DNA of 64,000 nucleotides from Vicugna vicugna (Eukaryota). The position numbers and the translations under genes were made by a program. The DNA is taken from NCBI GenBank assembly GCA_013265495.1, contig MU058636.1:8267425-8331424 (forward strand), written 5' to 3'. Shown piece after piece: positions 12,040-23,330 of the stretch (position 1 is the first letter of the stretch; each line of letters starts with the position of its first letter). The notes under the pieces were generated by a model. That model saw only the letters and a program-made list of their open reading frames with translations, searched no databases and had not been told where the DNA came from.

Positions 12040-13745
12040 GGAAAAAATGCAGTTAGCGAAAGAAAAATTAAAAAAAACCCACAACATTGATATTCTCAGG
12101 AAATAACCTAGAATGCTTTAAAAGTAGAGGGAAAGTAAAAGAAAGAGCTCCTGGAAGTTAAAAATATTAGAAGGAATGAAAAATTCAGTAAAATTTAGAA
12201 TATGTTAATGAAATTTTCTAATAACTAAAACAAAAAGTAAAAAAGTATGGAGTAAAAGAGAAAGAATAAAATATAAAAGAAGTAGATGATCAAGCTAGGA
12301 GATCTAGTGTACAACCAATTGCCATTTTAAAAGGATAGAGATTATGAAGAGAAGCAAAATAGAGCCACAATACAAGAAAAATTCACGTAACTGAAGTCAT
12401 GAGTTCCTATATTGGAAGGTTCTCCTAAGTATTCAGCACAGTCAATGAGACTCATGCCGAGCCTCTTCATTGTGAAAATCCAAAATACCAAGGAGAAATT
12501 GAAGATCCTAAGCACTTCCAGAGAGAAATAAAACAGAATACATGTCCAAAGGAACAGGAATCAGAATGACTCAGACTTTGCACAACAACAAGGGTAATTA
12601 GTGGACAAAGGATCAAGTCTACCTTGGATAATAACTTTTCAACCTAGAATTCAATAGCCAGTTAAACTGTACATTACACACACAGCCAGCATATGACCAT
12701 TTGAGATACGGGCGTTCTAAAAAAATTTATCTTCCAAGCACTTTTTCTCATGAAGAGAACGCATGGTCTTTGCAATGAAAGGGCAGAGAGGAAGATGAAA
12801 GAGAAAGATCTGCGATCCAGAAAGTAGTGAGTCCACGGGAGAGAGGCTTTGGAAATCTCAGGATGATGGTAAAGGCAATACTGTGGCAACAGCTGAGCAG
12901 CAGGCATAGTGTGACAATGGACCAGGCTGAGCAGGAGGAGGGAGTGCTCCTGGAGCAAAGCAGTCAACAGAAATAAAATGGAACTGATGGATTAAGAAGT
13001 ATGTTTGATTATATAGGGAAAAGTTTTATAGTTCTGTCAGAGAATTTGGGGAAGAATTAGTGATAGGTGTATAAAAAAAACAAGACAAATGAAAAAAATA
13101 GGAAAAACAAAATGTTAGTTCATGATGCGAACCAGCTGTGGATAATATTTGTCACATTAACGTGAGCTATGACAATTGATACAATATTTGTGGTATTAGA
13201 AGGGGTGATTCAGGGAGAAGTAAATTGTTTTGAATGACTAATTAAGAAAACAATGTTTTACTTTTGTCAGCACAAAAACTGATAACAGGAAAAGAGAGAG
13301 AGTGAGAGAGATTGAGATTATAAGAATATAAAACAGCTAAATCCTCATCCTTCATAACAGGAAGCTGATAGATAATATCTGAAACAATCACATTGAGAAA
13401 AAGATACGTCAGCCTGTCATTTGAAAATATGGAGACAAATACTAGAAGAAACAGGTAAAGAGAACTGAAACTGATTTCCTTTGAAGAAAGCCCGGGAGGT
13501 CTGAATAGCTATGCTAGAGACTCCCTTTTTCCTTTCTTTTCTTTTTTAATTAAAAAAAATTTTTTAAATGGAGGTACTGGGAATTGAACCCAGGACCTCG
13601 TGCACATTAAGCACATACACTACCACTGAGCTATACCCACCCCCAAGACTCCCTTTTTTAAAAAATAAGCTTTGTAGTATTAGCTTTAAAATGAGGTACA
13701 CAAATTATCTTGATAAAAGTGCAAATACATTTAAAAAGGTAATAA
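12040..13745 (+). mobile_element. HAL1 / old L1 ORF1-like element
   Basis: A-rich ORF1-like motifs (aaaggaacaggaatcagaatgactcagacttt, ttttcaacctagaattc) and a HAL1-like 3' end (ataagctttgtagta...ttgataaaa). It is interrupted by a SINE. Confidence 0.6.
13531..13645 (-). mobile_element. tRNA-Ala-derived SINE (camelid vic-1 type)
   Basis: Minus strand reads ggggtgggtatagctcagtggtag...gaggtcctgggttcaattcccagtacctcca plus an A-rich tail, with A and B boxes. 13-bp TSD agactcccttttt at 13518-13530 and 13646-13658. Confidence 0.92.
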
Positions 13746-13749
13746 AAGA

Positions 13750-14024
13750 GGGTGCGGTTAACCTCTGAGTTACAAGATCAAGGACAGATTGTTTTAAAGT
13801 TCGTCACAAAACTTCATTAAGTAGGCCGTCTCTTATCCAGCCGGCTGTGCCTATCTTAGGTTGTCCTCCTCTGAGGATCTTACCCGTCATTGGCTGTCCA
13901 GCCGTCCATACTGGATACATTAAATAGGCCATCTCTTATCCAGCCAGCTATGTGACATTTCTCACAGCTTGTTTATCAGTTCAGCCTATGGCTTATTCTC
14001 TAGAGCCTTCAGGTGGGGACCTAC
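13750..14024 (-). mobile_element. Probable ERV LTR fragment with an internal 35-bp direct repeat
   Basis: cattaagtaggccgtctcttatccagccggctgtg (13814) is repeated as cattaaataggccatctcttatccagccagctatg (13918). The minus strand begins TGTAGG. Confidence 0.45.
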
Positions 14025-14096
14025 AAAAGGTTGCAGCTACACATCCTCAATGGGTGCTATTTCTGCTAAGCACAAAAAATTAAAAATTGAATGAGA

Positions 14097-15009
14097 AGAC
14101 CTGAACAAGCAATTCTCCAATGAAGACATACAAATAGCCAATAGGCACATGAAAAGATGCTCGATATCACTGATTATCAGAAAAATGCAAATCAAAACTG
14201 CAACGAGGTATCACCTTACACCAGTCAGAATGGCCATCATTCAGAAGTCTACAAACACATGCTGCAGAGGGTGTGGAGAAAAGGGAACCCTCCTACACTG
14301 TCAGTGGGAGACAGTGGAAAACAGTAGGGAGATTCCTTAAAAAACTAAAAGTAGGCTTATATGATCCAGCAATCCCACTCCTGGGCATATATCCAGAGGG
14401 AACTCAAAATTGAAAAGACATGTGCACCGCAATGTTGATAGCAGCACTGTTTACAGTAGCCAAGACATGGAAGCAACCTAAATGTCCAGCGACAGATGAC
14501 TGGATAAAGTAGTTGTGGTATATTTATATAATGAAATACTACTCAGTCATTAAAAAAAAATAATGTAATCTGCAGCAATGTGGATGGACCTAGAGATTGT
14601 CATTCTAAGTGAAATTAAGCCAGAAAGAGAAAGAAAAATACCACATGATAGCATTCATATGTGGAATCTTGAAAAAAAAAAAAAAGACAAATGAACTTAT
14701 TTACAAAACAGAAACAGACTCAGGCATAGAAAACAGTCTTATGGTTACCAAAGGGGAAAGAGAGTGGGAAGGGATAAGTTGGATGTGTGAGATTTGCAGG
14801 TACTAACTACTATATATAAAATAGATAAACAGCCAGCTTCTTCTGTATGGCACAGGGAACTGTATTCAATATCTTATAGTAACCAATAATGAAAAAAATA
14901 CGGAAGTGAATATATGTGTGTATATAGATGACTGAAACATGATGCTGTACACCAGAAATTGACACAAAATTGTAAATTGACAATACTTCAATTAAAAAAA
15001 GATTTTTTG
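14097..15009 (+). mobile_element. 5'-truncated L1 (ORF2 C-terminus, 3' UTR, poly A)
   Basis: ORF 14149-14340 [33 protein letters not shown]...[10 protein letters not shown] is the L1 ORF2 Cys-rich region. 15-bp TSD aaaa(a/g)ttgaatgaga at 14082-14096 and 15010-15024, at a TT/AAAA site. Confidence 0.95.
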
Positions 15010-15649
15010 AAAAGTTGAATGAGACCCACAGCCTGAGAAATACCAAGTTAGGTCAAATTAATAAAATGTGGCAAGTAACAATGATTCATAGAGTTGAGCT
15101 TCATCTCTGATCTTCAGGGAATAAAGAGGCAGCTGAGCTGTTGAAATGAACAAAAGAAGCAACTGCTAAATTGGCAGCAAAGGAGGGAACGGAGAGCTTT
15201 CCAGAACTCAGACTTCTCATGATAGATAAAGGAGCACGCGATCTTGAGCCTCTCTTCTTGAAATTAAAATGAAAGTGACTTTAATTTTTTATTTTCAATT
15301 AGCAAATGATTACTATAAATCTTGAACATGAATATAATTTCAAAGTTTTTCTGTATAATAAGAACATTTTTGAAAAATACAGATAAGCAAAAAAGAAAAT
15401 CACTAACAAATTTAGTGAACTTTCTCTACTCATAAACCAACTTTTATCAAGATATATACATGATCGTAGAGTATTTATTAATTTTTACCAGCTGTTTCTC
15501 TTTTGAATGTCAGTTCCATTCTTTAAGGATAAACTTAAAATGTTGCAAATGTGATGGGTAACTAGAATATCTTTGATCATTTATTTATGAAGTTATTTGC
15601 CTTATAATGCATGAGGCATTTTTATTTTTATTTATTTTTTATTTTTTAG

Positions 15650-15791
15650 GATGCAATATAGTGTTAACCAAACCTGAGACAGTATTTCATTATGAGGTGT
15701 AAAACAGCTAAGCTTGAGAGCAACCATAGCCTTTCAGTCTATCATTCCAAACATGGGAGATTTTCTGAAACATCTGTGTTATCTAGGTCTT
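15650..15791 (+). pseudogene. Pseudo-exon K
   Basis: Acceptor attttttag, consensus donor GTGAGT at 15792, phase 2/0. Reads MQYSVNQT*DSISL*GVKQLSLRATIAFQSIIPNMGDFLKHLCYLGL (TGA at 15675 and 15693). Confidence 0.8.
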
Positions 15792-16043
15792 GTGAGTATG
15801 ATACAAAAAGCTTATTATTTATCGAAATTATAAACCTGATAAAGTAGTCTCTACTCCTTAGTGGAGTAAACTGGGTAACAGTATTTAATGCGAAAAAAGT
15901 TTCAATATAAATATATTAGTAAGAATTTAATGTGTACTTTCTAGATTCTCAAATTATGTTTTCCTCTAAGAAACATATGGTTACTATACAGATGTCAATC
16001 CTAGATGAATGCATTCACCAAATACCTCTTTCTTGAATATCAG

Positions 16044-16196
16044 AACCTCTTGATTGACCATTGTTTTTTGAAATAAAGAGCAGTAACCTGGTTAATGTAT
16101 TCTAGGATACAAAAAAGCATTGGTAAAAATCTTGCCTTTCCTACTAGTAGAGCTTTCATGGACTCCAACTTTAGCTTTATTTGAAGTGTGATATAG
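16044..16196 (+). pseudogene. Pseudo-exon L
   Basis: 153 nt, phase 0/0, donor GTAAAG at 16197. Reads NLLIDHCFLK*RAVTWLMYSRIQKSIGKNLAFPTSRAFMDSNFSFI*SVI*. Confidence 0.7.
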
Positions 16197-16448
16197 GTAA
16201 AGTTAGTTTGTATGTGCATTTGTATGTGGAACTGCATGAAAAAATAGCTCTTGGGTGATTATCTTCTCCTGGTTTTCTACTATTTCCTTTCTCTTTTTAA
16301 AAGCAGGACTCTTGCTCATTAAAAGAAAGTTATTATCTTATCTCTTTTACCCAAATTTCCTTTCCTCTTCTCTGCATGGATGAGTCAGGATCCTATGTGG
16401 TCATTCACTAATTCATTCAACAAATGTTGATTGATGGTTTTGTGCCAG

Positions 16449-16664
16449 GTGACTCAATACTTTCTTTGAAATCCAATGATGTCTTTGAAGAAAAACAGCC
16501 AAGTTGAAAGAGATCACTTTCAATATCTATACTTTCCTGGGAGGAGAAAAAACAAAGAGTTCACTTTTGTGAAAAATAGTGAAGAAATTGACTATGCAAA
16601 AAATTTCTTCATTTTACATTAGGAGCAGCAAGAAGTAGTTCAAATGCAAATGAACTCTTCTTAA
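16449..16664 (+). pseudogene. Pseudo-exon M (probable last coding exon)
   Basis: Acceptor ttttgtgccag, phase 0. Reads VTQYFL*NPMMSLKKNSQVERDHFQYLYFPGRRKNKEFTFVKNSEEIDYAKNFFILH*EQQEVVQMQMNSS*. The original stop codon cannot be determined. Confidence 0.5.
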
Positions 16665-16819
16665 ATTAATAACATTCCAGACTATAGAAATAGTAAAATA
16701 CATAATGCATCAATGTCTTTCAGTCAGTGTTGCAATTTAAGTTTTGTGTGTGATATTGTTTATTGACATCAAATATAGCAAAGACATGCATTTATCCTTT
16801 TTACCTAGTTCCTTTGTAT

Positions 16820-16972
16820 TTTTTTAATTTAAAAAATTTGTTTTGGGGGGAGAGGCAATTAGGTTTATTTAATTAATTTATTTGCTTTATTTTGATGGAG
16901 ATACCAGGGACTGAACCCGGGACCTTGTGCATGCTAAGCATGTACTCTACCACTGAGCTGCACCCTCCCTCC
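16820..16972 (-). mobile_element. tRNA-Ala-derived SINE (vic-1 type, long-tail form)
   Basis: Minus strand reads ggagggagggtgcagctcagtggtagagtacatgcttagcatgcacaaggtcccgggttcagtccctggtatctcca, followed by an A-rich tail. Confidence 0.9.
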
Positions 16973-18194
16973 TGATCTTTTTACCTTGTTCTTTAACCAT
17001 TAATATTTTTTTTTAAAAAGCTTCATCCCTCAGGGTGTGTTAGGATGACATGAAGTCCCATACTTTACTGAAATGCTGTATTGATTTTAGTTGGTATATC
17101 ATATGATGTTTATCCTAATTCTCACTATTATTATGAACAAAAAAATAGTGAGTTCAGCAAGTTCACTGAGAAGTTTGCAATCCACAGCACACAATTGCTT
17201 TGGATAGCTTTGAATTTCACAACATGAAGACATAGGCCTAGAGGGAGCTAGAAAAGATGTGAGCCAGCAGATGATGGCATATTGGATTGTGGCCCCATGT
17301 AGATTTCAGATCCTAATAGTGAAAAAGGAAAAAAATAGGACATATTTCATATGTAGTCTTAATGTGAGATGTCCGTGACACTTAATTTTGCTTTAAATAA
17401 CAAATACTTTTTGCATGCCATTTAATGTCTTACCAGTGCTTTCTCAGAAATGTGAATCATCGCTGGGTGGGTCCCTAATTTGGGGGGGTTCAGGCCTCAG
17501 CCTACCTGCAGGGAAGTCAAGAGCCATGTGGTGTTAATAAAGGCAAGGCGTTTCCCTTAGCTGTGACTTTGAGTGAGTGCGGAGGAGTGATGGGTAGGGA
17601 GCAGACGGAGGGCTGCTTGCCTTCTGCTAGTGTAGTGGGCTGAGGATGTACATTCTGGCACGGCCTCTTTCCTTGAATGTCCTGCCAAGGCGTTCCTGCC
17701 TGAATCCTTTGAGACCAAAGATGCCATGTTAGAGAGAAATTTATTTTCCAAGCTGGATTAATCATTGACCTTTTCACTGAACTGCAGGTCTCTGTGACTG
17801 CCGGGCCGGGGAGAAGCTGTTGAGGGAGGCTTACATGTAGTGATTGCCTTTGACTTCGCTTCCCCTCTCTTTATCTCCACCTTTAGTCATCCAGTCCTGT
17901 GAAATCGATTTTCCTTTCTGAGAATCAAATGGAAATGGAGATGGCCTCCAGATCAAGGTGAAAATGTTAGCTTTATGATTGCTAAAGCTGGGTTGGAAAA
18001 TGAAGCTTGACTGTGGTCAAACTGTGGCTTCCTGATACTGTGCCCTGGGTCTGGATCTCGGGGCTCGCCTGGGGAAACCACCGCACATTGAACACTGTGC
18101 GGCAGATGATGCAGACAGTGGCGGCCTGCTCACATCCCTGAAAAGAGACATGCGGGCAGGGCTGTATAAATAAAAAGAGATGGGCCTGATGGCC

Positions 18195-18686
18195 TTCCAC
18201 AGAAAGGTAGGACGTCCTGCCATTTGCAACAACGCGGATGGACTTTGCGGACACTGTGCAAAGCGAGATAAGTCAGACAGAGAAAGACAAATACTGTATG
18301 ATCTCATTTATACGTGGAATCTAAAAAAGCCAAACTTGTAGAAACAGAGAGCAGAATGGTGGTTACCAGGGGCCGGAGGTGGGTGGTGAGGGAACTGGGG
18401 AGATGTTAAAGAGTACAGATTTGCAGCTAGAAGATGAAGAAGTTCTGGAGATCTAACGTGCAGTGTAACAGTATGGTAATACACCCTTCGAAGTTGCCTA
18501 GGGGCTAAATCTTAAATGTTCTCACCACAAAAAAGATGGTGATTATGGGATTATGGGAATTATGGGATGTGATAGCTATTTTAGCTAAAGCTACTTAGAT
18601 GGTAATCACATTGTGATAAAGAAGTATATCAGATCAACATATTGTACGTCTTAAACTTACACAATATGTCAATAATGAAATAAAAT
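18195..18686 (+). mobile_element. L1 3' UTR fragment (L1MA/L1MB-like)
   Basis: ctgccatttgcaacaacgcggatggac...ataagtcagacagagaaagacaaatactgtatgatctc...aatgttctcaccacaaaaaa; ends aataaaa. Confidence 0.88.
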
Positions 18687-18859
18687 GACATGGTTTGGTT
18701 ATTGTGTGGACTCAGGTGGGAGGAAGGCAATGATCTCTCTGAGGTGTGAATCTGTCCCCAAAGCTCAGTTCTTTTCTTCAATGTCACCAATCAGAGGCCA
18801 CCTTCCAATACTTCCGTTTTTGTGGTGTTTTACTTTTGTGGAGAGAAGGGAAAATGGTG

Positions 18860-19400
18860 TATTCCCCTAGTATTCTCCTCAGTCACCAACTTAGTTCAGG
18901 CCTTCAAACTGTCTACATTGAAACTATGACTATTCTGAATGTGCTTATTATTACCCACCAGAGTAAGTGTTCTTTTATGAATATGATCGTGTTATCTCTC
19001 AGTTAAAATTTCCCAGTTGGTTTTCCATAGTTGCTTGGATATAAACCAAAATCCTGCTACCTTGCCATGGTATTCTTGGCAGTTTATAATCAGGACCCTG
19101 ATAAACTATTGTCTCATTTTCCATTACACTCCCCTGGTCAGCTTCTTCCTCAAGCTGATCAGATTCTTTGCAGTTTCCCGAACAGCCATGTCTTTCTCTA
19201 CTTCTTTGCCTTCACTCTTGCTGCTGCCTTTCCAGGAATACCTTCCCACACTTTCTTTACAGAGATAGAGCTTACTGAGTCTTCACAATTGAGAGTAGGC
19301 ATAAATACTGCCACTAAATTACTGAGCCACGTCTGCCTTCAGGTTGGATTGGGTTCGCTCCAGGGTTCCAAGTTTTGTGCCTGTTCACAAGCACTAAGGA
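18860..19400 (+). mobile_element. L2 fragment
   Basis: Pyrimidine-rich L2 3'-region motifs (ggatataaaccaaaatcct, cactcttgctgctgcctttccaggaataccttccc). Confidence 0.6.
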
Positions 19401-20449
19401 GGAGGCTGTGAGACTGGGGGACAAGTCGTCCATATATGCATATTCATGTGAGTGCAGTGCCTGGCATGTGGGAGGCAATCTGTAAACACTGCCAGCATCT
19501 TTCACATCCTTTCCTCTGTTTTGATATTTTTTGAGCTCTCAAGTGTACTTTTTAATAAGAACTGCCTTGATTATGATAGAAATAGACAAGCAGATTATTT
19601 ATGAAATTCTTGGTAGCTTTAGGATATTGGAACAGTATTTTTCTCATAAAATAATATCTTTGTTTTTCTATAATTACCATTCTTTCAAAATACGAGGAAG
19701 CCGATTTTAATTAGCCTACCCAAGGGTTTGTGAAATAGCTTTCAAAATAGTAATGAAAATTATGTTTTTGTTATTCAAATTTTGAGATACTCATGAATGA
19801 TTTCCAAACCCTCATGAAGACAAACATGTACCCTGGCCCAAGGGTTTGGATGCTGTGATTGCGAACTGGGTTTCTTGCGGATTTAGTTACATGCTGCATC
19901 AAGGAGTAAAGATGAAGGAATCATTATATAGGAATAGAGATTATGTGATGTTAAATTATTCTTAAAGGCATCCTTAAACCTTTTTGAGATGTTGAGTATT
20001 TAGCACAAAAGAAAAGCTGTACAACCTTTGAGACTTAGAGAATTATGATCTAGTTTGTTACATTCGGTAGAAAGCGACTGCCTGTTTAGCCTTTTGACTT
20101 AACGTTAAATCCACTGGAGGAAGAATCAAAATGATTTGGGGGGATAACTTGACATGTTTATCTTTGTGCTCAATTTTGTCCGATCAGCTAGAAGTATTTG
20201 CATGGTGTATATTATGATATGAGTATCTGAGGACTGAAAAATGTGGTACAAATTATAAAGGATGGATTTTAAAATTTTAATAAAATCTTCACTGTTTCAC
20301 AGTTTTTCCCCCTAACTTATAAAGAGCTTTTATACTTATAAGGAAATAGCTTTATTCATCCATCTTTTATAAAAACATACTGAACACCAATTATGTGCTG
20401 GGCTGGGCATGAAAAAAATCATGTACATGTACAAATATTCTATTTTTTT

Positions 20450-23330
20450 GTAATTTAAAATTTGGTTTCGTTTATAGTTTGATGTGCAAACATAGAGAAA
20501 ATGTACAAGTACAATAGAAGGGACTCTGAATATTCTTTAATCCATGTTCACCACTGTTTACATTTGCCCCCATTTAATTTATTATCATTTATATTTACCT
20601 TTATGTGGGTATATAATATATTTTTATAACTTATATATGATAAAATTTATATATATTCTACATTTATATGTGAAATGTACGTATAGAACTTATATATATT
20701 CTATACTTTAATATTACATCTATATTATATTTATAGTCACATGTATATTTATAAACATAGATGTATATATGTACATATATATGTGTGTGTGTGTATATAT
20801 ATAATATATACAGCTGACCCTTGAACAACACAACATGGGTTTGAATGTGCAGGTCTACTTATAGATGGAATTTTTTTCCAAAAGAACATACTACAATACT
20901 ACAAAATCCATGGTTGTTTGAATCCACGATGTGGAACTGAGGATACGCAAGGCTGACCTGTAATGTTACATGCAGATTTTCAATTGCACAGGATGATCTG
21001 TGTCCCTGACCCTCACACTGTTCAAGGTCAGCTATGTATGTTTATATTTTACTTTCCAAATCATTTAAGTAGAAGTTGGGGATATTGTGGAAATACTGTG
21101 TCCTTTTATAATAACTCTTCAGTATGTACTTGCTAAAATTAAATTTTCTTATATTATCATAGCACAATTATTGAAATCAGGTAGTTTAGCACTGATGCAA
21201 TACCATTGTCTAATGCACAATCCATATTCAAATTCCATCACTGTCCCATTAATTTATTTTATAGCTATTTTCCCCTGATCTAGGATCTAAGCCAATGATG
21301 ATTAGTAATGGATCAGTCCAGTCATGCACAGCATTCAGTCTTTAGTCAGCTTTAATCTAGAACAATTTTTTTAATCAGTTTTTTGGACTGTTTTGACTAA
21401 CATTTTTGAAGGGTTATAGATCAGTTACTTTGTAGAATGACTCTGCTTTGGGGTTTGTCTAATAGTCCTTGTTAGTACCTTCAAGCTCTCCATTTTTGGC
21501 AGCAATACCACAGTAGTGATATTGTGTCCCTGCCAGGGTGTCGTATCAGGAATTACATGGTGTGAATTTGTTCTAACACTGCTGATCATTAAGATGATGC
21601 CAGCTGGGCTTCCCTATTGTAAAGTTTTTGTTTTCTTTTTCATTTAATAAGTGTAGGGAAATAAACTGAAATCATGTAAATGCTGTTTGTTCCTTTAAAA
21701 TTTTCATCCACTGGTTTCAGCATCTTTTGATGATTTTCTTTCTTCTACATTCATTAGAATTGCACTCTAAGGAAGAGCATTTTCTTCTCCGTTTGGTTAT
21801 TTCTTGTCCCAGAATTTATTCGTTGTCTAGTAGGAGCCCCTTCAAGCTGGTCCCTGGCTGTTTATCTATTTTATATATAGTAATGTCTGTCTGTTAATCC
21901 CTAACCCCTTATTTATCCCTCCCACCCTTTTCATAGTTGTAACTCCCTTGGCTAGTAAGTCTTGGAGTCAAAGAATGCAAGTTGTCTGAATTTGTTCTTT
22001 TAACGAGACTATTTTGCCTGTGCGTTTCCATATAAATTTCAGGAACATCTTATCAGTGTATATGACAAATCCTGCTTGGGTTATTATTGAGATTGTATTG
22101 AATCTATACATCAATTGGAGAAGAATTGGCACCCTAACGATATTGTGTCTTTCAGTGAACGTGGTATATAACCTCTCATTTAGTTCTTTGATTTCTTTTA
22201 GAATACTTTGTAGTTTTTAAAAAGAGGACTTGTGTGTATTTTGTTTAAGTTATTCCCCAATTTTTTTTGTTTTTGATCACAGGGTGAGTAAAAGTTTTAA
22301 AAAATTGTTTTCCAAACATTTGTTGTTGATATGGAGGAATATAATTACATTTTGTGTGTTAAACCTTATATCTTGTGATCTTTCCATTTACTTGTTAGTT
22401 TTAGATACTGCTTTTTACACTTATTAGTATTTTCATGTCATGTTTAAATTGAGGCAATTTTACTGTTTTCTTCCAACTTTTATCCCTTTAAATTTGTTGC
22501 ATAATGTCATTCATAATACTAATTACATTTGATACCTATAAGAGCTGAATGGATAACCTCTCCTTTATTCCTGATATTGATAATTTGTATTTTCTCTCTC
22601 TTTTTTAAATTAGCATTTCAGAGGGCTTGCAATCATTTTGAGGAGCCAATGTTTAACTTTGTGAATTTTCTCCGGTTTCTCTGTTTGCTGTTTAATTGAT
22701 TCCTTTCTTATTTCCCTCCTTCTGCTTAACGTAGGTTTCATTTCTAGTTTCTTTAGGGAGACACCTAGATAATTGATTTCAAACCTCTCTTCTTTACAAA
22801 ATAAGCACCTAAATCTATCAGTTTTTTTCTAAACACTGCTTTAGCAGTATCTCACAAATTTACATACATATACCCACACAGAGGCACACAGACACACAAT
22901 TTTTTTCATTGTCATTCGGTTCAAAATATTTCTTATTTCCCATGTGATTTCTTTTTTGATCCATGGGCTGCTTAGAAATTAGTTGCTTAAATTCTAAATG
23001 TTTGGGGGATTTTCCAGATATATTTTTCTTAACAATTTCTAGTTAAATTCTGCTGTGATCAGAGAACCTGCTCTGTCAAATTTTGATCTTTTAAAATTTA
23101 TTAAGAATGATTTTGTAGCCCAACACACTATCTCGGTGAATATTGCACATGCACTTGAAATGAATGTGTGTTCTGTAGTTGCTGAATCTGTAAACATGTC
23201 CTTATATAAAAGTGGTCGATGCAGATCTTTTATACCTTTGATTTTTAAAAAATCTCATTGTTCAATAAATTACCGAGAGTATTTCTTACAGACTTCAGCC
23301 ATTATTGTGAATTTGCCTGTTCTCTGGCTT
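20450..23330 (-). mobile_element. Old L1 (L1MC/L1ME-like) fragments with TA-rich low-complexity sequence
   Basis: Antisense L1 3' UTR and ORF2 motifs (ttgagattgtattgaatctatacatcaattggagaagaattggc, aaacactgctttagcagtatctcacaaattt). Confidence 0.8.
20811..21034 (+). mobile_element. TcMar-Tigger MITE (MER8-like)
   Basis: Terminal inverted repeats cagctgacccttgaacaac ... tgttcaaggtcagct, ~225 bp, preceded by TA. Confidence 0.8.

Larger units (their letters stand above)
1..16664 (+). pseudogene. Unprocessed multi-exon pseudogene (3' part) of a divergent DNAAF9/C20orf194-like gene with an internal duplication
   Basis: About 13 exon-like blocks with AG/GT ends. Phases agree at the junctions 1673/1743, 2700/9056, 11080/11266, 11443/11538, 11798/15650, 15791/16044 and 16196/16449. 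Frames are long but broken by stops and frameshifts. Translated motifs are colinear with DNAAF9 as I recall it (FILAEN..RNE, FIFHGC, LP...QFINL, FMNSSIEE, SITFSKIFL, ISLRGVKQ, PNMGDFLKHL). The family assignment is from memory, not from a search. Confidence 0.8.

Noticed and set aside
13568..13645. tRNA gene
   Set aside because: The A-rich tail, 13-bp TSD and degenerate stems show that it is a SINE. The same holds, apart from a clear TSD, for 16895-16972.
14149..14340. Functional protein-coding ORF
   Set aside because: It is a fragment of L1 ORF2 in a 5'-truncated copy.
1..16664. Calling the locus DNAAF9 itself, or an intact CDS
   Set aside because: Similarity is limited to short motifs, the module is duplicated, and nearly every exon has stops or frameshifts, too many and too varied for sequencing error. 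No gene symbol was assigned.
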